In this document: one piece after another, positions 12,296 through 25,089 of the stretch
Layout: the number at the start of each line of letters is the position of its first letter
How positions within the stretch are numbered: position 1 is the first letter of the stretch
Source: Catajapyx aquilonaris
Lineage: Eukaryota
Length of the DNA stretch: 60,947 nucleotides
NCBI GenBank assembly: GCA_000934665.2
Contig: KZ538573.1
Span: 1-60,947 of the forward strand
Direction of reading: 5' to 3'
Position numbers and translations under genes: made by a program
The notes under the pieces: model-generated
Seen by the model: the letters and a program-made list of their open reading frames with translations, nothing else
Told to the model about the DNA's origin: nothing
Databases searched by the model: none

Positions 12296-13038
12296 TGAGG
12301 GCCACACTAAGTTGATTTGCAATTTATATTTTTGCCACAATTCAGGGCCCTTACAGGTTGGCAGGTTGGCACACATTATTGATAGAATCCTCCTGGAGCT
12401 GAATGCACTGGTGCCACAGGTGTGTCATCCTCTCCAGGCCCTCCAGGAATCATGTTTTGGAGGTGCGGCATACCCACTCCTGGACAACTGCTTGCAGTTC
12501 AACAATGTTCTCAAAATGGCCTTGGCAAAGGGGTGTTTTCATGGATCCGAACGGGTGAAAGTCACTGGGTGCCAGGTTGGGGGGTACCACGGATGTGGAA
12601 GCACCTAGAACCCAAACTCAGCCATGGTGGCCATCGTTACCTAACTCGTATGGGGCGGAGCATTGTCATGTTGCAAGAGCACAACTTCTGCCCATTTCCC
12701 TGCCCGCTCTTTTTTCAATGGTGCACCTCAAGCTATGGAGGGTTGCCTCATACACGTTTTTGATGCTAGTGCCCTTTTCATGTCCTAAAACATGAAGAAA
12801 AACCCTGCGCAGATGCCATTTCAAGGACATTTTGAACTGCGAGTCGGTGCGCCACACTTCCAAACCGTGGCTCCTGGAGGGCTTGGAAGAGGTTAACACC
12901 CATGGTCAGCGTGGTGCCAGTGCATTTGGCTCCAGGAGGATTTTATCAATAATGTGTAGGCCTACTTATCTGCCAACCTGTAAGGACCCTGTATTTGTGG
13001 CAAAAAAAATATTGTAAATCAATTTAGTACGGCCCTCG
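12296..13038 (-). mobile_element. Internally deleted mariner
   Basis: TA-flanked ~130-bp inverted ends. The internal minus strand resembles LQHDNA.PH..P..PDL.PSDF..F. Confidence 0.7.
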
Positions 13039-13350
13039 TATGTAGCCTATTTGTTGCTACAGAATCCTTCATTGCACCTCACCAGCCAATCCCATTGAGT
13101 GTAGTGGCACATGGCAGGGTGAAGGAATCTAGTCCTTTTTTTTTTTTGGTTGGCATTACTTTAGTTTTGGGAGCACGATTAACCCTTCCTATTGTAAACT
13201 TGAATGAAAGATGTAAGTGTGGGAGTTGTCCTGAACATGCTTGAGCTCCCATGCCAGTTTCACAAAAGTCATAGCCATTACTCTGAGCTGGGTTATGACT
13301 GTCACTTATGCATACATTCAGTCACAACTGAAGGAAGAATTTTGATCATA

Positions 13351-13601
13351 GGCGCATTCACACGAGTGACCTTTGGCCAGGAAAAGCTGACTGAGCTGGC
13401 CATGCTGCGGAAGATGGCCAGCGATGATTGCCAGGAGTAACGCATGCGAAGTAGAAGCCCTCCCAAGCGCTTCGCGATGCTCACTTGTCCCCCAACAACG
13501 TCACTCGTGGGAACTGTTACTTTCGATTTCTGGCCAGCCGCTGGCCATGTTTCTGTATTGGCCAGGAATTCCTGGCCAAGGGTCACGTGTGAGAAGGAGC
13601 C
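13351..13601. mobile_element. PIF/Harbinger-like MITE
   Basis: GGCGCATTCACACG.GTGACC.TTGGCCAGGAA with its inverted counterpart TTCCTGGCCAAGGGTCACGTGTGA. Confidence 0.6.
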
Positions 13602-14073
13602 TCATGATACCTAGTTGTGGCATGAAATGCAACATGAACTATGTTTTGTAATAAATTGTAAATCAATATGGTACAGCCCTGGTATAATGATAGTCAAAGT
13701 TGTCACATGTGGACTACACCAGTGCAAATATTTACATGTCATATGCTGTGGTTCCTATCACATGAAATATCAAATGCTATTTTTACAAAACTTTTGAGAT
13801 ATCCAACTGTATTTGATGACTGCTATGCATAATTGTTAAATAGCGTTACATTAGATGCAGAATGCCCCAAGAGTACAAGGGTCAAATTCCAGGGCAGAAA
13901 AATGGGGGGTGCAGAATAAAAAATGTTCTGCCTACACTAAATTAGGTGCAGCTATCATGAAGTCAATACAATCCAAAATTTCCATCTCACAATAGTAGGC
14001 GGTGTCTTGGTGGTATGTTTACACCATGGTCATAGGATACTAAGGTCTGGACACTCCCACCCACGACCCACCC

Positions 14074-14362
14074 CCTGCCGGGGCGTTTTGCATGAGGTGC
14101 TCACCTGAGAGCGCCATGAGACATTTCCCAGAGCAATCATGTGGCGACCCTACTGGACTACGCTGAACTTTATAGGTACAAAAGGGAAGCGCTACATGCG
14201 GGCCAACATGGCCGTTGGCGACCATGTTGGGTCCCCCAGTGTAGCGCTTCCCTGTTGTACCTATAAAGTTCAGCGTAGTCCGGTAGGGTTGCCACATACC
14301 AGTGCTCTGAAATGTCTCATGGCGCTCTCAGGTGAGCACCTCCTGCAATATGCCCCTGCAGG
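14074..14362. repeat. Palindromic MITE (about 130-bp arms)
   Basis: GAGGTGCTCACCTGAGAGCGCCATGAGACATTT and its reverse complement; CTACGCTGAACTTTATAGGTACAA is mirrored. Confidence 0.85.
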
Positions 14363-15528
14363 CGATAAGATCAGAAGGTAGAGGTAGTGTCCGGGGGGGG
14401 GGGGGGGGGGTGGNNNNGGGGGGGGGGGCTGGTTTACGCTGTTCATTCCATAAAGAGATTGTGCTTCAAATATATTACCTTAGACATCCACCTTTGTTTT
14501 GATGAGAAAGGACTGTGGCTCTTTGTGGTATATGGAACTGTGACAGTCCTCTTCCTGGTTGCATCACCCCAACAGAACTTGTTTTTCATTCCTAGCTGAG
14601 TTCTGATTAATCTGAGCCAGGTAACATGTTCGTTGCAATATTCCCTCCAGCCCACTGACCAGTGCTTACCATTAAAATCTTTCTTTCTCTGGCAGCATAA
14701 TGTACAACCATTACTTCATTTGGCATTCCATCTTCACACCCTAAAGTGCAAAAACTGATTATCAATGCCCACGCACAGTGTGTTGTACATAGGAAGAAGG
14801 ATGGCCAAAGTCCTCCTCTTTTTTGTCCAAGTAGAACAAAGGCTGAAGTCCATGGGGTAGTAAAGACATTAAATTACACCCTTCATAGAGTTGGTTTGGT
14901 AGCTTGTGCAGTTGCACAGGAAAGGCAAGGGCTGAAGGTTATGAAAATAAAGTTGGCATTGAATTACACCCTTCACAGACTGTGTCTTGAGTTCCTCAGT
15001 TCAATCCCCATATCAGCTGAGGATTTTCTCATGGTTGGGGTTTCATTCTGGTTCTTTCCTTGTTTGCTTAGTTTTTATTGCCATTTTCCAGTTTCCCCCC
15101 ACTTTCAAAAACTCGTTGTTCAGGTGCCACAAAACAGGGTGAATAGGGACAGATACAAAAATGTTTTAACTTGTTGGCATTTAAAAAAATTGACAGATAT
15201 CAAAATAGGGCACCTCTGTGAGTTTCCACATGCATAATTGTTTTAAAGAATTGTTTATGTGTAGATGGGCATGATGAGAATCAGCTCTTATTTTGGCATT
15301 TTTTATAACCTACAAGCTTGCTGATTCACTCATGTGGTTAGGCTGGTCACTTTGATGAATACACTGGGATACAGGAGTGGTTAGTGAGTAATGTGAGATC
15401 TCTAAACCTAAAATTGCTGAACTTTAGAAATGCTTGTAAATTTTTTGTGAAAACATACATTTTTGTATCTACAGTAGTGTGAATAGGGACACTCCAAAAA
15501 AATCACGTTTTTCAACATTTTAAAGGAA

Positions 15529-15589
<61 letters not shown>

Positions 15590-15968
15590 TCAAGTTAGCT
15601 GAAGCATTGCTGTTATGATTATTTTTTGATATGAAATAAATTTTGCATTGGGAAAATCCACTCCATTTGGAATATAACTACCAAAGGTAATAATTTTCAA
15701 CTATTTTTGGTCATCCAACATTTCTTAAAAACCAAAATTAAGTCCCTGTTAAGGCAGGTATCCACGTACAAGTTTTCTCGCATACGAGGAGCCAACTGCG
15801 CATCCCCGGATCCGAGGAACGAGGAAAAGTTGAAAATTTTCAACTTTAATCCCCTTTTCGAGGGACAAGAGGGGCCCTGAGGCGACAAAGAGTCCGGCTC
15901 GACGTACAAAATTTCTCGCGTAAGAGGACTCGCATACGAGGAACTCACACGTTGATACCAGCCTTTAA

Positions 15969-16438
15969 CCCTTAACTACGTAGGTGGGCGAAACACCTTT
16001 AACTACGTATGTGGAGCCTGAGAGGCTCCAACGGTATATTTAAATTTCTGCTTATCAGCTTAATTGTTATAATGGACTTTTCACATACAGAAAGTGCAGT
16101 TCAGATCATTAGGGTTCCGAAAACGTAAAAATCACACGCTGAGTCAGCATATTCCGATGGGGAAAAATTCTTAATTAAAAGGTTACATCATGTGTTTGAG
16201 CCGCTCAGGCTTCACCTGAGATATAAAGCCTGAGCGGTTCCAGGAGGGACCTGTTCCTCGTTACGAATTTTTAAAAACCAAACAATAGGGACTAAAGATT
16301 TTTTTTTTTTCTTTTCATGCTTAGGAAGATTTTTCTGACAAAGTCACGGAAGGACAAGGGAAAATGAAATTCAATGAAAAAGTTACATGCTTTAAATAGT
16401 GCTTGGAGCCTCTCAGGCTCCACCTACGTAGTTAAGGG
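15969..16438. mobile_element. piggyBac-type MITE
   Basis: TTAA|CCCTTAACTACGTAGGTGG...CCACCTACGTAGTTAAGGG|TTAA, with subterminal GAGCCTGAGAGGCTCC motifs. Confidence 0.9.
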
Positions 16439-16649
16439 TTAAGTCCAGTTGCATGTTGAAAAGGGGGCTTACATTGGAAAACAACAGGTGTCCCAATTGA
16501 CTCTACTTTTTTAGTGAAAGGGACAGGCATTTAAAAGTGTAGCCTATATACACGGTGTTCCAGGCACGAGAATTTTCCTGACCACTGCCGATTTTGACGA
16601 AATTTGACTCGTATGAATAGGGCTCATAAGAGATACGAGTTCTTTTTTA

Positions 16650-16916
16650 CTTTTTTATTTTTTTACTAATTTTTTTGTTAGCCTGTGATAGAGCTTGTGG
16701 CCCTCTGAGGGGGGAAGGGGAAGTTCCCAAGGGAGGGCGTTGTGCGACAGCCATTTCTCCTGGCCCCGAGCAGAGAAGGGAATGCAATTCTGATTCGGCA
16801 TGTCTGGTGAAAAGCGGAAAAAGACCGGGCCAAGCAGAGGTGACGGGGACGGGATTTGAACCCCGGCCTCCCGCTTGGCAGGCCAGTGGCGTAACCACTA
16901 GACCACCATGCCGCCC
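16650..16916 (-). mobile_element. tRNA(Gly-like)-derived SINE with A-rich tail (related head at 53640-53715)
   Basis: A box TGGTCTAGTGG, CCTGCCAAG anticodon-like loop, B box GGTTCAAATCC, tail GCTCTATCACAGGCTAAC(A)n. Confidence 0.8.
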
Positions 16917-16995
16917 ATAAGAGATATGTTATCTGGCCAAAACACACATTAATTGGTTTGACCGGTTTGATGTGGGATGTCATGGAATTGTCACC

Positions 16996-17665
16996 TGTGA
17001 CGTGACAATGGGGAAGGTGGGTACTGGAGAAGGGGGGAAGGAATGTTGGAATGGGCACATAGGGCGGTACCCGGACCCCGGGAGGTCAAGGGGGTACGGG
17101 CTATCAACAACTGACAGTAAGGCTCGGTTCTGTTCCAACTAATTTATTGTGATATAGGGGCTCATTAATACAGGGGTATACTAGATACATGGTGCCTCCG
17201 GCAGCGAACCTGGCGGCGCAACAATACGGTACAACCCCCTTTTTGATGCAGTCGTGCCTTCCACTCACCCAGTACTCGCTGTCTTCCTAATTGCTGTCCC
17301 GGTGTCCTCCGGGTCCTTGCTGGCTTCCTAGGTTGGGGCAGGGGCCGTCTCTGACTCGCCGCTGGGTAGTGCTGATCTTCTTGGTATTGCACAGAGTCAC
17401 CACTGTATCACTTGTACTCCCGTCCGCATCCCACACCGGAACTGTAGCCGAATTGAGCTACCCGGCTCGATTGCTGCTGTTGCTTGGTAGCAGCCTCCTT
17501 TTATTTGACTTCCCAAGGTGAGAGAAAGATGTGTTTGTAGAGGTGTTATTGTCGTTTGGGGTGAGAGTCTGTTGTTGTAGGAAGGGGAGGTTGGAAGGTA
17601 ATTTAGGTGATTTCTCGTGGTATGCTGCCGTATTCCGTGGTGACCTTGTTTGCTTGCACGTTACA
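16996..17665 (-). mobile_element. Solo LTR (Gypsy-like)
   Basis: Termini TGTGACGTG...CACGTTACA, 4-bp TSD CACC on both sides, minus-strand AATAAA near 17143. Confidence 0.8.
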
Positions 17666-20112
17666 CACCATCGGGCAACACACGACGTGGTTTTTTGGAC
17701 ATTTTCTCAAATTACTTTTTTCTGTTGTTTGTAACTGGACTATGAGCATAAATATGATCCACTCATAGATGTGCATCATGATGTCACTTTTATGAACTTA
17801 TTGCTTAATTTCTGTTCATGTCATGGAGTTTTGTAATGTGACCTTTGACCTCATTTTAAGAAATTGATCCATCTTCGATTTCGAAAATTGTGAAAGGCCA
17901 TATCATAGTCTAAGTGACTCCCAAATGCTCCCAAAAATCAGGGTGGGGAACCCAGAGGCAAGAGGGTAACCACTCCTCAAAGAAGTGTACACCAGTTCTT
18001 GGAACAGGGTGGTTCCAAGACGGTTCCAAGGAGGTTCCATCCCTGTTCCAGAGGGACCCTGTATACACCAGATCCATGAAGTGGTTACCCCCTCCTCTAG
18101 AGGCTGGTGAGAAAATACATACACATTTTCTGACCAGCTGATGCAGCATATGTGTGAAGTAAACAGGCTGTAAAACTGAGACTACTTATGATGGAGAAAT
18201 GACTCACCTATAGTGAAGGATATTGTTTTGTCTGCTTTCTGTTGACATGTTGGCTCCCTCATGGGCAGGTGTTTGCCTTTGATTTTGGGCACAGCTTAGG
18301 CTAACTAGTGTGTTCTGAGTTGGTTTGAACCAGGATCTGAGCCTTGGCAAGTGAGCATTACATCATTGGTTACACTGATTTTTTTTAAAAGATGTAAATC
18401 TTGGTATCCAACAAGCGTTGTCAGACAATTGAAACATGCTGATTCAAAATGTGAAAACCATTTGTTTCTATCACCCATTGTTCTTGAGATATCAGACATG
18501 AACCATTTATATATGTTTAACATTGTATCAAGGCAAACAACTCACAGAAAGAAGTTTATTATTGCTACATGAACATGGCTTTAGCTATGAAAATAATGCA
18601 ACTGCATCACATGACTCATATACTATATAGTAATATCTAGTTGAAGGTATAATACACATAAAAAAATACATACATCTACATACGAATAAGGATGTTTGTG
18701 AGTTTGTTTGTCCCTTATAGAAACCCAGGGGAAGGCCCACACATCGCACAGTGTGACATTTCGGCAATCCAGCAGGTACGGGAATATTTTTAAATGGGTT
18801 TTTATGAATAATACTGCACAAGAGAATCGGTTTGTAATGCCTTTATAGGCATTTATAGTAATCACATTTAAAATAATTATAGCCTACATAATTGTGCAAT
18901 TTTATTAGCCATGATTTCACATAATTACAAAACTGATACGGTACAATATGATTATAACTCTTGCTTCTGACTGTAATTAATGCTACGCACAAATATTATG
19001 TCCCCAAAACAAACTACGTGAATGCGGGGGCACATTCTGAAAACGAGTAAGGTCTATGCAGTTGCGCAAACTTCCGCAAAATTTTATTGCATTTTTGAAT
19101 AGCCCATATGTCCTACTTTTGTGTACATGTGGTATGAGGTGGGTAAAATGCGGTAAAACATAGTAAAAGTGTCAAATGATGCAGCATGGCGCAACACTTA
19201 CGAGAGATTCCTGAGGCAATGTTTTGAAAATTTGCTATAATTATACAATGCTGCTTTTAGAGAGTAAATGCCTGTAAACTTACCTTGCCAGGTCTGAAGT
19301 TGCAGAAAACAAAATTCTAACCAAGATGCAATGTGCGCATGCAGCACACTCGTCCAGCAAAGTAAATGAATGATAATCGCTTGCGTGGAAGTATCTCGTA
19401 ATGTGGTCCGGTGGGCGTGGGGGTATGGATAGGTCCATTTTTTAGGTGATGTGGGACTCTTAAAATGAACTTAACCCACATTTTATTAACAACGAGCCAT
19501 GACTCTTTCTAAATAAGTTGTGTTTTCGTATATTAGAGATTGTCACTTTTCCATTTAAATCCCGCTGGATTGCTGAAATGTCACACTGCATCGCCTTAAA
19601 CTAGCATATCGGGGGTTGCATCATTTTTCGAGAAATGTAACGCAAATACATCACTAATTGTTGAGGTCGCCATTCTTGGGCATGTGACCGAGTAAGTGAC
19701 CAATGAAATGCTATAAAAATTTTTTTTTACATTTTAGAGGAAATCTAATTCCATAGGCGCATTTTCCTGGTGTTTCTCTTTCTTTTGTTATATAATAATA
19801 ATATGTTCATTGGGTTTTGACCACTTCCACTAACTGAAAGAAATTCTCCAAAAAAGGTTTCATTTTCAGCAATTTCCAGATTTTTGAGATTTTTTCCCTC
19901 ATCGCGGTATTTCTAAATATGGCTGAAACTTTATAAGCAGCATTAAGGAATAGGTGAGTACATCTGTGATTATTTTCACCAAGATCTGAGATGGTCTAGG
20001 AACATTTAGGCCCACTTAATTTGGAAATACCCCTAGTAAACCGTTCAAAGTTTTAAAACTATGTAGGGTGTTTCAGAGTCACGGGTCAAGCGTGCGCGAT
20101 GGGGTGGGGAAA

Positions 20113-20538
20113 AATCGTAGGTGTGCGACATTCCCGGTCAGTTTTATAAAACAATTAGAAATACGGCAGTAATCAATTTATTTATTACGGCCGTTTGGCG
20201 TGACGTCACATCCTACTTTCTGTTCGAATCAAGTGGCGCCGACTGACAGGTGCACTTGCTTGAAGTCCTTGAACACACCACAGTACAGTAGTACACTACC
20301 TTTGCAGTACCCTACCGGTATAACATGAGAGCGCCTTTTTCAGTGCAACCCGCAAGGCTAAAAAGCTGCTCAAGCAGGTTCAAGGACTTCAAGCAAGTGC
20401 ACCTGTTAGTCCGTGCCACTCGATTCGAACAGAAAGTAGGATGTGACATCACGGCGTAAGGCCATAATAAATAAATTGATTACTGCCGTATTTTTTATTG
20501 TTTTATAAAACCGACGGGGGTTGTCGCCACCTACGATC
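20113..20538. repeat. Palindromic MITE (about 160-bp arms)
   Basis: AATACGGCAGTAATCAATTTATTTATTA...GTGCACTTGCTTGAAGTCCTTGAAC is mirrored. Confidence 0.85.
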
Positions 20539-21369
20539 CCNCCCCCCTTCCCCGCGCGCAGATTACAGATTTGGAATCAGCGGCGGAAACACTTATCGAA
20601 ACACGCATCATAACCGGAGATACGATTACCCTTGTCTAACAGTGTTATTATTGCAAGTACCTGCAATGCCTATTTTTGTCACTACCAAGGCAGCCATTAG
20701 ATCGGCAAATTTCCCGGCCTAGCTAGCTTCTATCTTTGACAGCGCTTGAGCATGTGACACCTCCAGCACACTCTTAAGTTTGTCAATTCTGTAGTCCACG
20801 AGTTTGGCTACCTGTTCAATCGAAGCCATCCCGATTTAAATCGGGAGCACTCACTTGCACTACGGCTCATGGGCCACTGCTCTGCACGTCCGACCAGTTT
20901 GGTGTTTGCGGAGTGAGTCCCCTCAACTTTATATTGGGCTTTAGTTATTGTCCTCTTGGGTTACTCAGTTGTAAGGCTTCTGAAATACCTCATCAACGTG
21001 TGGCAACATGCAGGTAGTGTCTCCAACAGGCAGCATTACATGGACAATAAATGAGCATGAAAGGCAGCTGCAACTTATGTCAAAATAGTAAAATGTAAGA
21101 AAATGGTGATTGATTCCCAAATGAGTGCACTGGACAAAAAAAATAGACCCCTCCACAAGAAGAGCCTGTCATAATGGAATTCCATATTTGATGTTTTGGG
21201 GGTGTTTTATCTGTAATGAATTGAGGCCTTTGGTTGAGGGGACTGTGCACTTTGAATCACGGATGAGCAAATGTTGCCTTTTGTTCAGCATATCAATGAA
21301 CAACTCATTTTGGATACCCCAATCATCCAGGGCTACAATAATTGCTGAGTCCACAAGACTAAAACTGTG

Positions 21370-21900
21370 ATTGATCCAATGGGCATTCAGAGAGCTCACA
21401 CCTTGACTGGTCAGTGAGGTAACCTGGATTTGAATCCTATTAAAAATCTGTGGGACTACTTGGAACAAGGAGTAAAAACGTTAACACAGACATCCAGCCA
21501 ATCTCGCCGAACTTTGGGAGTACCTGATGACAGAGTGGCTTCACATTGATAATAATTATAATAATTCATACCCCGTTATCAGCCATCGGCTCTTTAGGGG
21601 GGAAGTTTGTTTTGCCTGGAACTCTTTGCTTTCATTTTACTGTGCTCTTTGGGATATGATAGGGACAGAAGGAAGCGGCTGTGGCCAATTAATTATGGAA
21701 ACAACTCCGGAATTTTCCTGGAAGGACCGTGGGAAACCACAGAAAACCACGGTCAGAGTTGCCGGCCCCGGGATTCGAACCCAGGACCTCCCGATTAGCA
21801 GTTGGACGCCTTATCCACTATGCCAACCTGCTTCAGTCACTTCACATTGATGTCATCTACATCCATACACTTGTGAAGTCCATGCTAAAGAGAATATTGC
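21370..21900 (+). pseudogene. Tc1 transposase C-terminal remnant split by a SINE
   Basis: DLNPIKNLWDYLE..HPANLAELWEYL..EWLHID|..IHTLVKSMLKRI. Confidence 0.7.
21551..21840 (-). mobile_element. tRNA-derived SINE, family B
   Basis: B box GGTTCGAATCC, body CCGTGGTTTTC..GGCCACAGCCGCTTCCTTC, 11-bp TSD TTCACATTGAT (21540-21550 and 21841-21851). Confidence 0.9.
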
Positions 21901-22229
21901 TGTATGATGATTCAGTTGAGGGGAAGAATAACAAGATGAGGTACACTAGGTCTAATTTTTTGTCCCGGGTGCTTAACATACACATCACAAGTAAGGTATC
22001 CAAGTTGCTGTTTGTGCCACTGCCACGATGAAAACCACAAAACCATGCAATCAATCCACACCTCTTTGGATATCCAGCTCCAAAGCAGTAGGTAAAGCTC
22101 GGTGGCTGAGGAAGTTATATAAACCACCAGCTAGAAAGTTGCAGCCACAGTTTGGGGTATACGTGCTATAGTTTGTTACTAGATTTTATTAACCTTGCAC
22201 TGGAATAAAGTTATGTTATCATTTCCTAG

Positions 22230-22761
22230 GTGCTGCCAACTAAAGGAGTAAAGAAGTTGAACTTCGGAGGAACACTTCGTAAAGCAAGCAAAATGTTCTT
22301 GCGATTTGTTACTGGGCTTTCCTCCTACCTCTGGCCAGTGGCTGAGGAGGAAAAAGCACCTACAAAGTGGTTGGAGTATAAGGAGAAGGACCCGGAGACC
22401 CAAAGTATTGAAGAAGAGATCAGCATAGGAACTGTGACTCTAATAGAAGATACCTTCGGCACCATAGATGGAACCCTCTACTTTCCCTTCCCAGTACCAG
22501 GCATACTCCTTGAAATTAATGATGAAGTTCAGTTCATTAAGGAGCGGGCCTCTTGCTCAGATATGTGGAAAGTGAAGCAGATTATGATGGTAATTAAGGA
22601 CAAGTGGGATGCAACCAAAGAAGAAGAAGAGGTAGAGACAACCAGACAAACAGTGCCAGTGAAAGTGGATGCATCTGACGACAAATTTGTGAGGATCAGT
22701 GTGGGTGATTTCAGAGGGGAACTGGATCTCTCACACTTTGACCTGCCGAGGATTGTACCAG
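22230..22761 (+). CDS. armi: armi-like coding exon 1 (5'UTR from 22230, ATG 22293)
   Basis: Acceptor ttcctag|22230. Open frame [14 protein letters not shown]...PRIVP. Donor ccag|gtgaat is phase 1 and joins exon 2 to give PG-DWL. Confidence 0.8.
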
Positions 22762-25035
22762 GTGAATAAGATTCATTATTTTTCAGAACAGGCATTTGTA
22801 GGGAGACAAATTGTAATGCTTCAGCATGTCAAGTTTTTTGTTGGCATTAACTTCAACAAATCAATAGCAGACATGGTGAAACCAGTTGTTGATGGGGTCA
22901 GTAGTGTAAAATCAGGTGTTTTGGCATCAAGTAGCTTTGTTGCTACTGAAATGTAGGGCATGGCTAGTTACAGACGTATGACTGTAGAACTCTGATCATT
23001 ACCCAGAGCAAGGGTCTGGCCAGGCAATGACTGCATCCATGTGAGGTGAACAGGAATACCATTGAGGAGAAAGTGATTGATTGATTGATTTCACGATTGT
23101 GCCAGAAAAATTCATGCGTTGATTGAATGAATGTTCATTGAATGCATGACATTACCTAATTCCCAAGAATGTTTACTGATTGGTAGGTCAGATTAGAACT
23201 TAATTTTTCTACCATTGTCCCCTCTCATCTGTGTACAGTTCCCTGTAAGTGGTGGATTTTTCAACTCATTTTATTAACTGGAATTGTGTACACAGACATT
23301 ACTATATATTAGGGAGGAGGTGGGGTGGTGCTGCAGTAATGCATTCGACCCCGGATGTACGGGTCCCGGGTTCGGTCCCAAGCCTGGGCATTCCCCCCTT
23401 CATCGCGTGCAGATTTGCGGTCGTCTCTGGCTTCGTCTCAGGTGGGATTCCTGGAGACTAACCACCTGGGGGAGTTCACAAAACATCCACAGCAAGGACA
23501 TTGCACATCCCCTCCCATCCACCCTGCCTGTGGACCAGGGCGCTTCGTACAAAGGTTCCGATGTACAATGTACATTAAAATGGTCAATAAAGGTCCATGC
23601 GATATACCCCAAGGGGGGTGAAAACACTACCCAAAATTATTATTATTTTTACTAGATATTAGGTTTTGTTAAAGGGACACTCCACTCAAAATACAAGTTG
23701 TGTTCTAAAATTCGGGCATGAAATTCTGATTCCGAGGGTATAAGCAGTTATCCTGAGAGACGAACGGTAAGGCCAGGGCGAGCCTTCAAAGTTCGGAAAT
23801 TCGAATCTGGCGCAAAAGAGCAGCGCCTCTTCCGGGTCTGGGCAGACATAGGAAGAGATTTCATCCATCTTTGGCAGGGTCCCCTACATGGTTGCCGGCA
23901 CTCATGGAGGTTACCCTGATCTTTGGTGTGGTATATTTTTCAAAGATGGCGGAATCCGACACTCCACGTGCAGGTCCAAGTCACCTTCTTGACCATGTTC
24001 TTGACGGTACGGCGGTTGTTGCTGAGAGCGACGTACCAGCAGGGCTTCCCAGTCCAAGTCCGCACGGCCTCCTCCCGTACCAATTGAGCCGATGATTTGT
24101 CTTGGGTGCATACGTTGGAGGTAAATTAAGCGCTTCTTGCCATTGGCGCATCAAATGTTCCTTTCGAGGCGGAAATGAAAAAAAAAAACTTCAACGATAA
24201 CCCTCGTGGATGACGTCATTGATGCGGAGCCGACACACTACACAAAATGCACCATCGCTAGCACCGACATCAGGAGCTCCCTGCCCATCCATCCTGCCTG
24301 CTTCCAAGTACACTCCGATATGCCCATTCGAAAGGGCTAACTCACACATGTCTTTCGCAAGTGCTAAGAGTTTACACATGACTCACGTTCCTTCCCCGCC
24401 CGCAGGTCGCCTTTGTTCTTTGGATCTGCTGGGTAGCAGATGTGGCCTTTCATAAACAATCAAGAGCCAGTCTAAACCCTGGCCCGTAAAGTAACAGTGC
24501 TGTGGCGTCGTGGTGAGCAGTTTACTGTCCAGGGTAATAGGTAGCATGCCGCCCACGGAAACCCCCTTCAAAATTGGCGCAAACCAACGACCCGACACCC
24601 GTGCAGACCAAATATGGCGCGGACCAAAGACGGCTGAAATCTATGGCAATTTCTGCCAAGCCCCGGTTGGCGGCGCGCGCGGAGGGGGCGGACTGGGCCG
24701 GGCGGGCAGCTCTTTTGCGCCAGATTCGAATTTCCGAACTTGGACGGCTCGCCCTGGCCTTACCGTTCGTCTCTCAGGAAAACTGCTTATACCCTCGGAA
24801 TAAGGATTTCTTGCCCGATTTTTAGAACACAACTTGTATTTTGAGTGGAGTGTCCCTTTAAGTCAGATTGGGACCCATTTTTTACTGTACGATTTTTAGC
24901 ATTATTTTGTGCATCACTTGCATTGGGAGGGGGAGGGGCCAGGGGCTTTTACTACTGCTTTACAATCATGTGATCAAAAGTGAGATCATTGCATGCATGC
25001 CTTTCGAAGGCATATATATATATGCCTTCTGCTAT

Positions 25036-25089
<54 letters not shown>

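Noticed and set aside
14746..15237. 163-aa plus-strand ORF
   Set aside because: No recognisable domain, it contains a small local duplication (LNYTLHR twice), and it has no supporting splice structure.
16840..16916. Functional tRNA-Gly gene
   Set aside because: The acceptor stem pairs poorly and the sequence continues into a SINE body and A-rich tail. The other tRNA-like heads in the window are also SINEs.
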